Positions 8,393 through 17,923 of a stretch of 48,693 nt of DNA are shown piece after piece. Position 1 is the stretch's first letter. Every line of letters starts with the position of its first letter. A program made the translations under genes and the position numbers. The notes under the pieces were generated by a model. The model did no database searches. It was not told the origin of the DNA and was given only the letters and a program-made list of their open reading frames with translations. The DNA comes from Dehalococcoidia bacterium. GTDB taxonomy: Bacteria; Chloroflexota; Dehalococcoidia; Dehalococcoidales; RBG-16-60-22. Location: assembly GCA_011174815.1 (NCBI GenBank), contig DUFF01000082.1, positions 1 to 48,693 on the forward strand. The letters run 5' to 3'.

Positions 8393-9939
8393 ATCTGCGC
8401 AGAAAAACCCGTATCATTGTCGGCACGATGTTCCTGGGTCTCATCGTGATCCTGTATTTTCTTTCCGAAAACTTCCTGCGCACCGGCGATGGCGCAGGTT
8501 CGATCAGTGTCTACGAGCAGGATGTGGCCATTGCCTACCTGATGCTGATGATTGTTGGCGTGGGACTGGTGTTCGGCATAGTTACCATCCTGCTGCTGGA
8601 GAAGCAGGTGCTGTCCCGGCTAACCTACCTGAGCAACGGTATCCAGAGCATTGGTATCAGCGGCGATATCACAACAAGGGTCTCTATGCCGGGGACGGAT
8701 GAACTCTCCGTTCTGGCGGGCACCATCAACGGTTTGCTGGCGGCGATGGAACAGTCGGAGGCTGAGCTGCGGGAAAGCGAACTGCACTATCGCCTGCTTG
8801 CCGAAAACGCCACCGATGTCATTTATATGATGGACGTAAATCTGAATTTTACCTATGTTAGCCCATCGGTGAGGCGTCTTACCGGACACAGCGTTGAAGA
8901 AGCACGGTCACAGTCCCTTGACAAGATTCTTACCCGGGCCTCCTTGGAACACGCGATGGACGCTTTTGCCGAAGAAGCGACCAGGGAAAGCGAGGAGGAA
9001 AAAGACCTCTCGCGGTCAAGGACGCTCGAGCTAGAGGTAAAGCGTAAGGACGGTTCTACGGTCTGGGTTGAAGCGATAATGTCTGCACTCCGGGACCCTG
9101 AGGGGCGTGTCATTAGCATCCTGGGCGTAGCCCGTGATATTACCAAGCGCCGGAGTGCTGAGGACAAGCTGCAGGAGCTTTACCACAAGGAGCGGGCGCT
9201 GAGACAGACGCTGGAAGCGGAGATAAAGAAGCGGATTGAATTTACCAGGGCGCTGGTTCACGAATTGAAAACGCCGGTCACGCCGGTAATGGCATCGAGC
9301 GAACTTCTGCTGCAAAGACTGAAGGACGAGCCATTATATGGTCTGGCGCAAAACATCAATCAGGGAGCAAACAATCTTAATCGGCGAATTGATGAACTTC
9401 TTGACCTGGCCAGGGGCGAAATTGGTATGCTGAGGCTGAACCGAGAACCAATGGAACCAAAACAGCTTTTGGAGCAGATTGTTTATGAAGAGACGCCGGT
9501 TGCCATGCGTAGCGGGCAGACGCTCACTGCGCAGTTGCCGGAATCGCTGCCCGTGGTCGTAGCTGATGAAGAACGTTTCCGTCAGGTTGTATTCAACCTG
9601 CTGAACAACGCCACCAAGTTTACTCCCCCGGGAGGCAAGATAACCTTGAAAGCCAGAGTAGAGCGTGCTAATCTGGTGGTGGAGGTTCAGGATAACGGCG
9701 TCGGCATAAGCCCTGAGGACCAGAAGGTGCTGTTTGAGCCATACCGTTCTCTGGAGAGGGACAGGGAGCGATTGAGTGGACTGGGGCTTGGTTTGAGCCT
9801 GTCCAAGACGCTGGTGGAACTCCATGGAGGCCGTATATGGGTAAAGAGCGAGAAAGGAAAAGGCAGCACTTTTGGCTTTTCCCTGCCGCTGGCAACAACC
9901 GGCCATAAAGAAAAAGTTAGAACGGGGAATAAATCATGA
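8389..9939 (+). CDS. Sensor histidine kinase (2 TM, HAMP-like linker, PAS, HisKA, HATPase_c)
   Basis: TM helices IVGTMFLGLIVILYF and MLMIVGVGLVFGIVTILLL; PAS-like YRLLAENATDVIYMMD; H-box FTRALVHELKTPV; N/G boxes LLNNATKFTPPGG, QDNGVGI and GLGLGLSLSK. Confidence 0.9.
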   Translation: MNLRRKTRIIVGTMFLGLIVILYFLSENFLRTGDGAGSISVYEQDVAIAYLMLMIVGVGLVFGIVTILLLEKQVLSRLTYLSNGIQSIGISGDITTRVSMPGTDELSVLAGTINGLLAAMEQSEAELRESELHYRLLAENATDVIYMMDVNLNFTYVSPSVRRLTGHSVEEARSQSLDKILTRASLEHAMDAFAEEATRESEEEKDLSRSRTLELEVKRKDGSTVWVEAIMSALRDPEGRVISILGVARDITKRRSAEDKLQELYHKERALRQTLEAEIKKRIEFTRALVHELKTPVTPVMASSELLLQRLKDEPLYGLAQNINQGANNLNRRIDELLDLARGEIGMLRLNREPMEPKQLLEQIVYEETPVAMRSGQTLTAQLPESLPVVVADEERFRQVVFNLLNNATKFTPPGGKITLKARVERANLVVEVQDNGVGISPEDQKVLFEPYRSLERDRERLSGLGLGLSLSKTLVELHGGRIWVKSEKGKGSTFGFSLPLATTGHKEKVRTGNKS

Positions 9940-10619
9940 GAATTCTTATCATTGAGGATGACCAGTCGATTGTGGAAGCAATATCGCTGGCGCTCCAGAT
10001 AATCTGGCCAGATGCGGGGTTGCTGTCCACCCACCTCGGAGAGAAGGGAATTGAACTGCTCCAGTCGGAAAATCCGGATGTCATCATCCTGGACCTTGGC
10101 CTGCCTGATATCAGCGGCTTTGAGGTACTGAAGCGCATTCGCCTTTTCTCAGAAGTGCCAATCCTGATTCTGACGGTCAGGTCGGATGAGGCCGATATTG
10201 TCAAGGGGTTGGAGTGGGGTGCAGATGATTACGTTATCAAGCCCTTCCGGCAAATGGAGCTTTTATCCCGGATAAAGCTGGTGACGCGTCGGCGAGGCGC
10301 CTTTATCGAAGGTACGCCCCTGGTTTGCGGGCAGTTGCAGCTCGACCCTTCCAGTGGCCAGCTTTTTTACGGAGAGCGGGAGATAAATCTGACGCCGACC
10401 GAGGGCTCCATTATGCATCACCTGATGAAGAATGCCGGGCGGGTGGTTACTCATTCGGGACTGGCTGAGGCAGTATACGGTGTGGATTATCCGGATGCCG
10501 CCGATAGCCTTAGAGTACACATCAGACGTCTGCGGACCAAGCTTGAATCCGACCCGGGCGACCCCAAAATGATCCTTACCCGGGCAGGCGTGGGCTATTT
10601 GCTGGCCAAGCCGGAATAA
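9936..10619 (+). CDS. OmpR/PhoB-family response regulator
   Basis: Receiver MRILIIEDD...VIILDLGLPDISG...LILTVR...GADDYVIKPF and a winged-helix C-terminus (LRVHIRRLRTKLE...ILTRAGVGY). ATGA overlap with the kinase. Confidence 0.9.
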   Translation: MRILIIEDDQSIVEAISLALQIIWPDAGLLSTHLGEKGIELLQSENPDVIILDLGLPDISGFEVLKRIRLFSEVPILILTVRSDEADIVKGLEWGADDYVIKPFRQMELLSRIKLVTRRRGAFIEGTPLVCGQLQLDPSSGQLFYGEREINLTPTEGSIMHHLMKNAGRVVTHSGLAEAVYGVDYPDAADSLRVHIRRLRTKLESDPGDPKMILTRAGVGYLLAKPE

Positions 10620-10774
10620 TCATGCGTTAACCTCCGCATATTTATCCCGAATTCCAATCTAAAGGCCAGCAAATTCGTCCAGAAACAATCTATATTCAGT
10701 GCCCTTTACTACTTTTTCTGGCTGATTTATTATGATATATACGTGGTTCATGAAACGGGAAATATTGGCCTGAG

Positions 10775-13486
10775 ATGAAGATGGCAGCAAATTCAGCATA
10801 TCCATCACAGTATGAGAACGAGGTCCTGTTGAAAGACGGCTCAAGGATACTGTTGAGGCCGATACGTCAGGATGATACCGAACGCTGGCTCGCTTTTTTC
10901 CAGCGACAAAGCCAGCAGACCAAATACTTTCGATTTCAACGCGACCCGGGTAAGATGGGACCCGAGGATGCGCAGCGATTCTGCACGGTCGACTACAAAA
11001 ATACCTTTGCCTTGGTCGGCGAGGTGCAGAGGGAGCAGCGTCGGGAAATCATAGCCATCGGGCGTTATTACCGGCTGCCGAACAAACGCTCGGCAAGGGT
11101 CGCCTTCGCCATCGAGGATGCCTATCACGGCAAGGGCATCGGCACTAGGCTTATCGAGTGGCTGGCTAACGCCGCCCGTGACAACGGCATCGCCTTTTTC
11201 GAGGGCGACGTTCTCGCCGAAAATGAGCGCATGATGTCCGTTCTCAAGGATTATGGCTTTCATATTGATAGCGAATTGAGAGGCGGTGTCTACCACGTAA
11301 CTATTCCCATTGCCAGGAGCCGGCGGGTGGAGCAAAAGGAAGCGGAAAGGGAACGCCTTTCCACGGTTGCTTCCATCCGCCACGTTCTGACGCCGCGCTC
11401 AATCGCGGTTATCGGCGCTTCCCGGCAGCCGGGAAGCCTTGGACAGCTCGTTTTCCAGAATATCATGGATGCCGGATTCACCGGCGTCGTCTACCCGGTA
11501 AACCCGAAGGCGGATGCCATAATGGCGGTGAAGGCCTATCCTTCGGTGCTCGATGTTCCGGGCGAAGTCGACCTGGCCATAATCATTGTGCCGACGCAGT
11601 TTGTCGCCAGGGTGGCGGACGAGTGCGGGAGGAAGGGTGCCCGTGCCATCATCGTCATCACCGATGGATTTAAGGAAAGGGGGCTGGAAGGGGCTGCCCG
11701 GGAGGAGGAGTTGCGTGATGTGGCGCTTGGCCACGGCATGCGACTGGTGGGCCCCAACTGTATGGGTATCCTGAATACCGACCCCGAAGTGAGACTGAAT
11801 GCCTCCTTTTCCCGCATCTATCCGCCGCGCGGCAATATCGCTTTTCTGTCCCAGAGCGGCGCCATGGGCTTGGTCATTCTGGAATATGCCATGGACCTCA
11901 ATATGGGCATCTCCGGATTTGTCAGCGTGGGCAACCGTGCTGATATCTCTTCCAACGACCTGCTGCAGTACTGGGAGGACGACCCGTCTACCAGGGTCAT
12001 CCTGCTATACCTTGAATCATTTGGTAACCCGCGAAAGTTCAGCCGTATCGCCAAGCGGGTCTCGAGCAAAAAGCCGATTGTCATCGTCAAGGGCGGGGCC
12101 ACGCCGGTTGGCTCCCACGCCGCATCATCCCATACCGGTGCTATGGCGACGCCGGCCGTGGTCTCAGATGCGCTGTTCCGTCAGGCCGGGATAATCCGGG
12201 TGGACAGCATTGAGGAACTGTTCGACGTGGCTACATTGCTGTCCAACCAGCCGCTTCCTGAAGGTAAAAGGCTGTTCATCGTGACCAACGGGGGTGGGCC
12301 GGGGATTCTGGCCGCCGACGCCTCGGCTCAGCAGGGGCTGGCGCTGCCCGAAATTGCTCCGGAGACGGCGAGGGAGCTGGAACAGCTTATGCAACGGGAT
12401 ATCAGTATCGGTAACCCGCTGGACCTCACCGGCAGCGTTACTCCGCAGGAATTCGAAGGTTCTTTGAAGGTGCTGGCCGGGGACGATAACGTTGATGCCG
12501 TCCTGGCCATATTTGTCCCGGCGGCGGTCGTGGATTCAACACTGGTGGAAGAGGCTATTCGGCGTGTCAGCCCGCTGTACCAGCGGCACAAAAAGCCTTT
12601 GCTGGCCTGCTTCATGGGGCAGCGTGGGTTTAAGGCCAGTTTGGGGAAGACGGGCAGTTTCGTGCCCTGCTATCCATTTCCGGAAGACGCTATTTCCGCT
12701 CTGGCCAAAGCGGTTGAATACCGTGAGCTGAGGGAAAAGCCGAGGGGCGCCGTACCCCGTATAAAGGGTATCAAAAGGGAGAGGGCACACCGTGTCATCG
12801 AGGCGGCGATGAGCCAGAACCAGGAGAGACCTTTCTGGCTTCCGGCAGATAAGATAGCGGACCTGCTCGATTGTTACGGGATTCGTGCTGCGGAGACAGC
12901 GGTCGCTGGAAGCGCCGATGAGGCGGCTGCCCTTGCGGCACGGGCAGGCTTTCCGGTGGTGGTGAAGCTAAATTCGTCCACCATCACGCACAAGACCGAT
13001 GTTGGCGGTGTGGTGCTGGACCTCAATTCCGAAGATGAGGTGAAAAGCGCATTCAAGGCAATTGAGGATAAACTGACGGCCATCGGGCGTGAATCTGAAA
13101 TGCAGGGCGTTACCATCCAACGGATGATTCAGGATGGCGTGGAAATCATTGCCGGCGTGACGCAGGACCCGACGTTCGGGCCGCTTATCATGTTCGGTAT
13201 GGGCGGTGTACAGGCCGAGCTATTAAAGGATATCGTGCTCCGCCTGCATCCGCTTACCGAACTGGATGCCAAAGAAATGGTCAGCTCAATCAAAATGGCC
13301 AGCCTGTTTGAAGGCTTCAGGGGGACGCCGCCCAGCGACGTCCAGTCGGTGCACGATTTACTGCTCAGACTTTCTGCTATGGTTGAGGATATCCCCCAGA
13401 TTGCGGAGCTGGACTTCAATCCGGTGAAAGTAATGGCGAAAGGGGAGGGGTACTGGGTGGTGGATGCCAGAATCAGTTTAAAGTAG
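10775..13486 (+). CDS. Fusion protein with an N-terminal GNAT acetyltransferase and an NDP-forming acyl-CoA synthetase-like body (Pat-type, reversed domain order)
   Basis: N-terminal GNAT (AFAIEDAYHGKGIGTRLIEWL), a CoA-binding domain (RSIAVIGASRQPGS..VYPVNPK), a ligase-CoA domain (LVGPNCMGILN, FLSQSGAMG) and a C-terminal ATP-grasp (VVKL..THKTDVGGVVL). Confidence 0.85.
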   Translation: MKMAANSAYPSQYENEVLLKDGSRILLRPIRQDDTERWLAFFQRQSQQTKYFRFQRDPGKMGPEDAQRFCTVDYKNTFALVGEVQREQRREIIAIGRYYRLPNKRSARVAFAIEDAYHGKGIGTRLIEWLANAARDNGIAFFEGDVLAENERMMSVLKDYGFHIDSELRGGVYHVTIPIARSRRVEQKEAERERLSTVASIRHVLTPRSIAVIGASRQPGSLGQLVFQNIMDAGFTGVVYPVNPKADAIMAVKAYPSVLDVPGEVDLAIIIVPTQFVARVADECGRKGARAIIVITDGFKERGLEGAAREEELRDVALGHGMRLVGPNCMGILNTDPEVRLNASFSRIYPPRGNIAFLSQSGAMGLVILEYAMDLNMGISGFVSVGNRADISSNDLLQYWEDDPSTRVILLYLESFGNPRKFSRIAKRVSSKKPIVIVKGGATPVGSHAASSHTGAMATPAVVSDALFRQAGIIRVDSIEELFDVATLLSNQPLPEGKRLFIVTNGGGPGILAADASAQQGLALPEIAPETARELEQLMQRDISIGNPLDLTGSVTPQEFEGSLKVLAGDDNVDAVLAIFVPAAVVDSTLVEEAIRRVSPLYQRHKKPLLACFMGQRGFKASLGKTGSFVPCYPFPEDAISALAKAVEYRELREKPRGAVPRIKGIKRERAHRVIEAAMSQNQERPFWLPADKIADLLDCYGIRAAETAVAGSADEAAALAARAGFPVVVKLNSSTITHKTDVGGVVLDLNSEDEVKSAFKAIEDKLTAIGRESEMQGVTIQRMIQDGVEIIAGVTQDPTFGPLIMFGMGGVQAELLKDIVLRLHPLTELDAKEMVSSIKMASLFEGFRGTPPSDVQSVHDLLLRLSAMVEDIPQIAELDFNPVKVMAKGEGYWVVDARISLK

Positions 13487-13551
13487 ATGGAGCAACCGCC
13501 TTTGATGTTTTCAGTTAATTAGAATATGAGCAGATAAGAGGGGTACAAAAA

Positions 13552-13947
13552 ATGGTTAAATGGCTACTGCTGCCAATAATACCCATATTGATAATTGGGC
13601 TACTGGCTGGCTGTGGTGAGAAAGAAGAAGAGGCCGAGCAGAAATACGGCTTCCTGCCGGTGGAAAAGATAGAAGTTAAAGTAAACGAAGAGTTTTCCAT
13701 CGCGCGGCAGTTTGACCTGAATTCTGGCTATATCTGGCGCGAACAATACGATGAGTCAATGCTTGAGTTGCTGCAGAACATAATTGATTCCGAGACCAAG
13801 GAAGATGGGACTATCATTCTGTACCAGGTCTTCAAGTTTAAAGCCCGGCAAAAGGGCAACACGCAGATATTTCTGGCTCACGTCAGGTCGTCTATGGGAG
13901 GCGATGAGGTCCGCACGCAGGAAGTATTTGATGTTTACATAAAGTAA
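13552..13947 (+). CDS. Lipoprotein, probable chagasin/I42-family cysteine-peptidase inhibitor
   Basis: Signal peptide with lipobox LLAGC. Small beta-rich body with an NSGYIW motif resembling the I42 NPTTGY-W motif. Confidence 0.5.
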   Translation: MVKWLLLPIIPILIIGLLAGCGEKEEEAEQKYGFLPVEKIEVKVNEEFSIARQFDLNSGYIWREQYDESMLELLQNIIDSETKEDGTIILYQVFKFKARQKGNTQIFLAHVRSSMGGDEVRTQEVFDVYIK

Positions 13948-13953
13948 TCAATC

Positions 13954-14841
13954 TTACTGCGCAGGATAATACTGCTCAAGCTTCTTCTGAACCAGTTTCA
14001 CTACATCCCCCGGGTATTCCGCCACGGCAACGCCTGCTTTCTGCAAAGCATTGATTTTGCTCCGCGCTGTTCCCATATCACCCTGCACAATGGCGCCGGC
14101 ATGGCCCATGCGTTTTCCTTCCGGCACGGTGTGGCCGGCGATATAGGCTACTACCGGTTTGGTCATCCGGTCGGCAATGGACTGAGCAGCATGTTCTTCC
14201 TGCGTTCCGCCCACCTCGCCGATTATAACCACCAGGTCTGTTTCTGGGTCGGCATCAAAGAGGGCCAACAGATCGGACAAGCTGGTGAATGCCACCGGGT
14301 CAGCGCCCATACCAAGGGCAGTGCTCTGCCCAAGGCCAGCAGCCGCCAGGTTAAGGCAAATCTCGTAGGCGAGGGTACCGCTTCTGGAAATGACGCCGAT
14401 TCGGCCAGGTTGGAACATGTTTCCCGGCATAATGCCCATCTTGGCCTCTCCCGGGGTGAGGATCCCGGCGCTGGTTGGTCCCAGAAGCCGCACGCCACGC
14501 TCTGTGGCATAGTCCTTCACTTCCATAGCGTCGTGTACTGGAACGTGCTCGGTAACCACCACAATAAACCTGACACCGGCGTCTATCGTCTCGCAGGCAG
14601 CGTCTTTAACCGCTGCCGGCGGCACAAAAAAGACAGAAGCCTCCGCCCCACTCTCGGAAACGGCCTGAGCAACGCTGTCATAAACCGGTACGCCCTCCAC
14701 CACCTCGCCGCCTTTCCTTGGAGTCACACCGGCCACGATGTTCGTTCCGTACTCCAGCATCCATTTCGTCTGGGCCCGCCCCACCCGACCGGTGATGCCC
14801 TGCACCAGCACCTTTGTTTCTCGATTTAAAAGGATGCTCAT
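13954..14841 (-). CDS. sucD: Succinyl-CoA synthetase (ADP-forming) alpha subunit-like
   Basis: [30 protein letters not shown] and phosphohistidine loop [11 protein letters not shown]. The usual GPNCPG is replaced by GPTSAG. Confidence 0.9.
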   Translation of the reverse strand: MSILLNRETKVLVQGITGRVGRAQTKWMLEYGTNIVAGVTPRKGGEVVEGVPVYDSVAQAVSESGAEASVFFVPPAAVKDAACETIDAGVRFIVVVTEHVPVHDAMEVKDYATERGVRLLGPTSAGILTPGEAKMGIMPGNMFQPGRIGVISRSGTLAYEICLNLAAAGLGQSTALGMGADPVAFTSLSDLLALFDADPETDLVVIIGEVGGTQEEHAAQSIADRMTKPVVAYIAGHTVPEGKRMGHAGAIVQGDMGTARSKINALQKAGVAVAEYPGDVVKLVQKKLEQYYPAQ

Positions 14842-15980
14842 CTTGTTTCTTCCAGTAGTTGGAAAAGATACTCCACGCTTTTCTCCGTAGCCACATCGGT
14901 GACTACCTCAACTCCTCCCTCCCTCAGTATCTGCCAGATCTCCTCCTGGCGGTTTCCCAGCGCTCTGGCTACGATGGGGATATCCGTCGGATGCTCTCGA
15001 AGGAAGCGGACGATTCCCTTGGCGCCTTCGTGGATGGGGTTGATGCCGGCAAGAAGATTGAGGAACACGGCTTTGAGGCCTTTTTTCTGCAGAACCAGCT
15101 CCATAACGTTGTACAGAAGCTCCTCGGAGATGCCTCCTCCCGTTTCCAGGAAGTTGGCCGGGCGGTACTTGCGTCCGATGATATCCATAGTTGCCATGGC
15201 CAACCCCGCACCGCTGGAAACGATGCCAATCTCGCCGTCCAGTTCCACGTAGGTTACTCCAATCTGGCGGCCTTTCTTCTCCAGAGGGCTGGCAAGGGGA
15301 TCTTCGGCCGATAGTTTCAGGCCCGGGTGGCGGAACAGGCCGGAGTCGTCTATCTCCATCTTGGCGTCGAGAGCCAGGTACTCGCCTTTCACGGTGCGTA
15401 CCAGCGGATTGATTTCGGCAATCATGGCGTCATATTTGCGAAAAACATGGTAGAGTTTATGGAGAATCCCGGCTATCGCGGTTGATTCATCGCCATCAAG
15501 CCCGGCTTCTTGTGCCATTTCTTTTGCCTCAGGTAGACCCAGGCCAGTGGAAATGGAAACCTGTCTGGAAACAACCATTTGAGGGTGAGTTTTGGCCGTC
15601 TCTTCGATGGAAACGCCACCGGCAGTGCTCAAAATAACCACCGGCTTGCCAGTTAAGCCGTCTATGGTTACACCCAGGTAAAATTCCCGGGCCACTTCTG
15701 CTTTTTTCACCACCATAACCCTGTTTACGGGCAATCCTCTGATGGATGATTTCAAAATCCGCCGGGCAATCTCCTCTGTTTGCCGTGGAGACTCAGCAGC
15801 CTGAACTCCCCCGGCCAGACCCCGCCCCCCGGTCAGAACCTGAGCCTTGACCACGGCGGGGGTCCCGACTTTTTCGGCGGCGCGGCGCGCCTGCGGAGGA
15901 TTGTCGGTAACTATGAAATCGGGGACAGGTATACCCTCCTGTCGAAACAGATCGCCGGCTTCAAACTCATACAGCTTCAT
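14838..15980 (-). CDS. sucC: Succinyl-CoA synthetase beta subunit-like (ATP-grasp)
   Basis: Begins [20 protein letters not shown], like SucC; also [19 protein letters not shown] and [10 protein letters not shown]. The ORF is open to 16034, but the ATG at 15980 gives the canonical N-terminus. ATGA-type overlap with sucD. Confidence 0.9.
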   Translation of the reverse strand: MKLYEFEAGDLFRQEGIPVPDFIVTDNPPQARRAAEKVGTPAVVKAQVLTGGRGLAGGVQAAESPRQTEEIARRILKSSIRGLPVNRVMVVKKAEVAREFYLGVTIDGLTGKPVVILSTAGGVSIEETAKTHPQMVVSRQVSISTGLGLPEAKEMAQEAGLDGDESTAIAGILHKLYHVFRKYDAMIAEINPLVRTVKGEYLALDAKMEIDDSGLFRHPGLKLSAEDPLASPLEKKGRQIGVTYVELDGEIGIVSSGAGLAMATMDIIGRKYRPANFLETGGGISEELLYNVMELVLQKKGLKAVFLNLLAGINPIHEGAKGIVRFLREHPTDIPIVARALGNRQEEIWQILREGGVEVVTDVATEKSVEYLFQLLEETR

Positions 15981-16137
15981 GTCTGCTTGAAGTAAGTTTA
16001 CCCCATCACAAAGCATGGAAGAAGAAGGGGGCACGCATTATCCTATATGCCTACGACATCTATCTCATATAGCAACTGTTTCTCCCTGACTCGATCAAAA
16101 TTAGAAAGTCGCTGCGGTAAACCTGCCAGTTATTAGC

Positions 16138-17196
16138 TTACACAGCCAGGGGATATTTGCCATAATCCCTTATCGCCCGTATCATCTCGGCATAGTTTTC
16201 CGGGTTGACGGCGCCGTGAATCGAGTTGCCGGACATGCAGATGTAGCCTCCTCCCTTGCCCGCCTTGCGGATGCAGTCCTTGACCGCTTCGCGGACCTCC
16301 TCTTTACTTCCCCAGCTCAGCAATCTGCCACAGTCAACGTTGCCCATAATACATACTTTATCGCCGTACTTTTCCTTTGCTTCTCCAATGTCCATGCCGG
16401 CTACGGGGTCGATCGGGTGGACACCATCAGTGCCGGTCTCCACAATGAGGTCAAAGATGGCCCAGATATTGCCGTCGGTGTGCTTGAGACAGGGTACATC
16501 CCGGCTGTGGCAGTAATCAACTATCTTTTTGAGCCCAGGGGTAATGTATTTAGCCGTATGCTTTGGTGCCACCATGGGGCCATTGGTGAAAGCCCAGTCA
16601 GCGGTTTCAACGATTATGTCAGCCCCAACGTCAATCAGGTTTTTGACATACCGTCTATAGTAATCATCGGTGATTTCATTTAAACCCTCTACAAATTCCG
16701 GGTCTCTTATCATGTCCTTGAATAGTTCATCCTGCTCACGGAGGCTGCCAATGATGGTGGCGAAAGGTCTGACCACGGATATAATAGCCCTCTTTCCCTT
16801 AAATCTTTTTACCGTCTCTTCTAGATTTTTAAACCGTGATGGCAGGTCAGGGTCGGGAGGGACGTATTTGGCCAGGTCTTCCTTGGACTTGAGCGCCGGC
16901 TCCAAGACCATGGGAATGGCACGTGATACCCCTGAGTACTGCTTGATGGCGCCCCACTGGTCGCGGACGATATGCTTGGCCTCATCGAGCACTTCATAAT
17001 GGTCTGTTCTTAACTCATGATAGCAAAGAGCATCTAAATCCATGTAATCAACAAAATCCTCGTAGGAAGCACCGGGTTTTAAGGCCTCAATAACCCTCTC
17101 ATCAATATCGAGTTCAAAAGTAGGAACCATATCCGGTTCCTGGCGGTGGACTGCCTTCATCACACGCTCTAGATTGGTTAGCGCTTGCATCTTCAT
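16138..17196 (-). CDS. URO-D-family methyltransferase (MtaA/MtbA/O-demethylase MT-like)
   Basis: 352-aa ORF starting 8 nt after the corrinoid-protein stop. Overall URO-D/MtaA-like layout (DWAFTNGPM..., HTDGNIW, CIMGNVDC). Confidence 0.8.
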   Translation of the reverse strand: MKMQALTNLERVMKAVHRQEPDMVPTFELDIDERVIEALKPGASYEDFVDYMDLDALCYHELRTDHYEVLDEAKHIVRDQWGAIKQYSGVSRAIPMVLEPALKSKEDLAKYVPPDPDLPSRFKNLEETVKRFKGKRAIISVVRPFATIIGSLREQDELFKDMIRDPEFVEGLNEITDDYYRRYVKNLIDVGADIIVETADWAFTNGPMVAPKHTAKYITPGLKKIVDYCHSRDVPCLKHTDGNIWAIFDLIVETGTDGVHPIDPVAGMDIGEAKEKYGDKVCIMGNVDCGRLLSWGSKEEVREAVKDCIRKAGKGGGYICMSGNSIHGAVNPENYAEMIRAIRDYGKYPLAV

Positions 17197-17204
17197 TACC
17201 CCCG

Positions 17205-17840
17205 TTATTTATTCAAAAGTTCCTTGGCTTTTATCACTGCTTCCACAGCGTCACGTGCGTAGGCGTCGGCTCCAATCTGGTCGGCAAAAGATTGATTCAG
17301 TGGAACACCGCCAACCATTACCTTGACCTTGTTTCTAAGTCCCGCTTCTTTGAGGACATTTATCGTTTCTGGCATCTTGGGCATGGTGAAGGTCAGCAGG
17401 GCAGACAGGCCGAGGATATCGTAGCTGCCCTTTTCAATTTCTTCGCAGAAACGTTGTGGAGGAATGTCTCTGCCGAGGTCGGTGACTTCCCAGCCGTTTC
17501 CCTCCAGCATCATGATGACGATATTCTTCCCGATGTCATGAAGGTCACCCTCAACCGTGCCAATGACGTATTTCCCAGCATAGGCAGCCCCTGTGCTGGA
17601 AAGCTCGGGTCTCAGTAGCACAATTGAGGCTTTCATGGCGTCGCCGGCCATAAGCAGTTCCGGCAGAAATATCTGGCCACTTTCAAAGTCCCTGCCCACG
17701 AGGTTCATCGCCGGCAATAAACCTTTGTCCAGTATCTCTTTGGCGGGCACCTGTGCCGCCAGGGCTTTTTGCGTGAGCTCGGCTGCTTTGTCAACTTGCC
17801 CATCAGCGACACTGTTAGTTAGTTCATCAAAATTAAACAT
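17205..17840 (-). CDS. Methyltransferase-cognate corrinoid protein (B12-binding cap plus Rossmann domain)
   Basis: DxHxxG...SxL...GG signature: GDLHDIGKN, LSALLT and VGGVPL, with an N-terminal helical cap domain. The 211-aa size matches MtaC/MtbC/MtgC-type proteins. Confidence 0.88.
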   Translation of the reverse strand: MFNFDELTNSVADGQVDKAAELTQKALAAQVPAKEILDKGLLPAMNLVGRDFESGQIFLPELLMAGDAMKASIVLLRPELSSTGAAYAGKYVIGTVEGDLHDIGKNIVIMMLEGNGWEVTDLGRDIPPQRFCEEIEKGSYDILGLSALLTFTMPKMPETINVLKEAGLRNKVKVMVGGVPLNQSFADQIGADAYARDAVEAVIKAKELLNK

Positions 17841-17887
17841 GGTCTCTCATTTCACCTCCAGTATTTTTTAACGCTACTGTATTTGAT

Positions 17888-17896
17888 ATTGTATCA
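17888..17896 (-). promoter_or_regulatory. Extended -10 promoter element upstream of the corrinoid-protein gene
   Basis: The minus strand reads TGaTACAAT about 45 nt upstream of the ATG at 17840. The -35 is weak. Confidence 0.3.
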
Positions 17897-17923
17897 CAGT
17901 ACGGCAAATAAATCGGCTTGACC

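Noticed and set aside
14101-14829. A 242-aa plus-strand ORF inside sucD.
   Set aside because: It is antisense to a gene with the canonical SucD sequence, including the phosphohistidine loop.
15981-16034. N-terminal extensions in the ORF track: sucC to 16034, opuAC to 21002, the mutase to 22617, the kinase to 36243, ridA to 45110 and the OYE gene to 45577.
   Set aside because: In most of these cases (not sucC) an internal ATG or TTG preceded by a GGAGG-type RBS gives the family-typical N-terminus. The extensions would overlap upstream genes or contain the predicted promoter or RBS.
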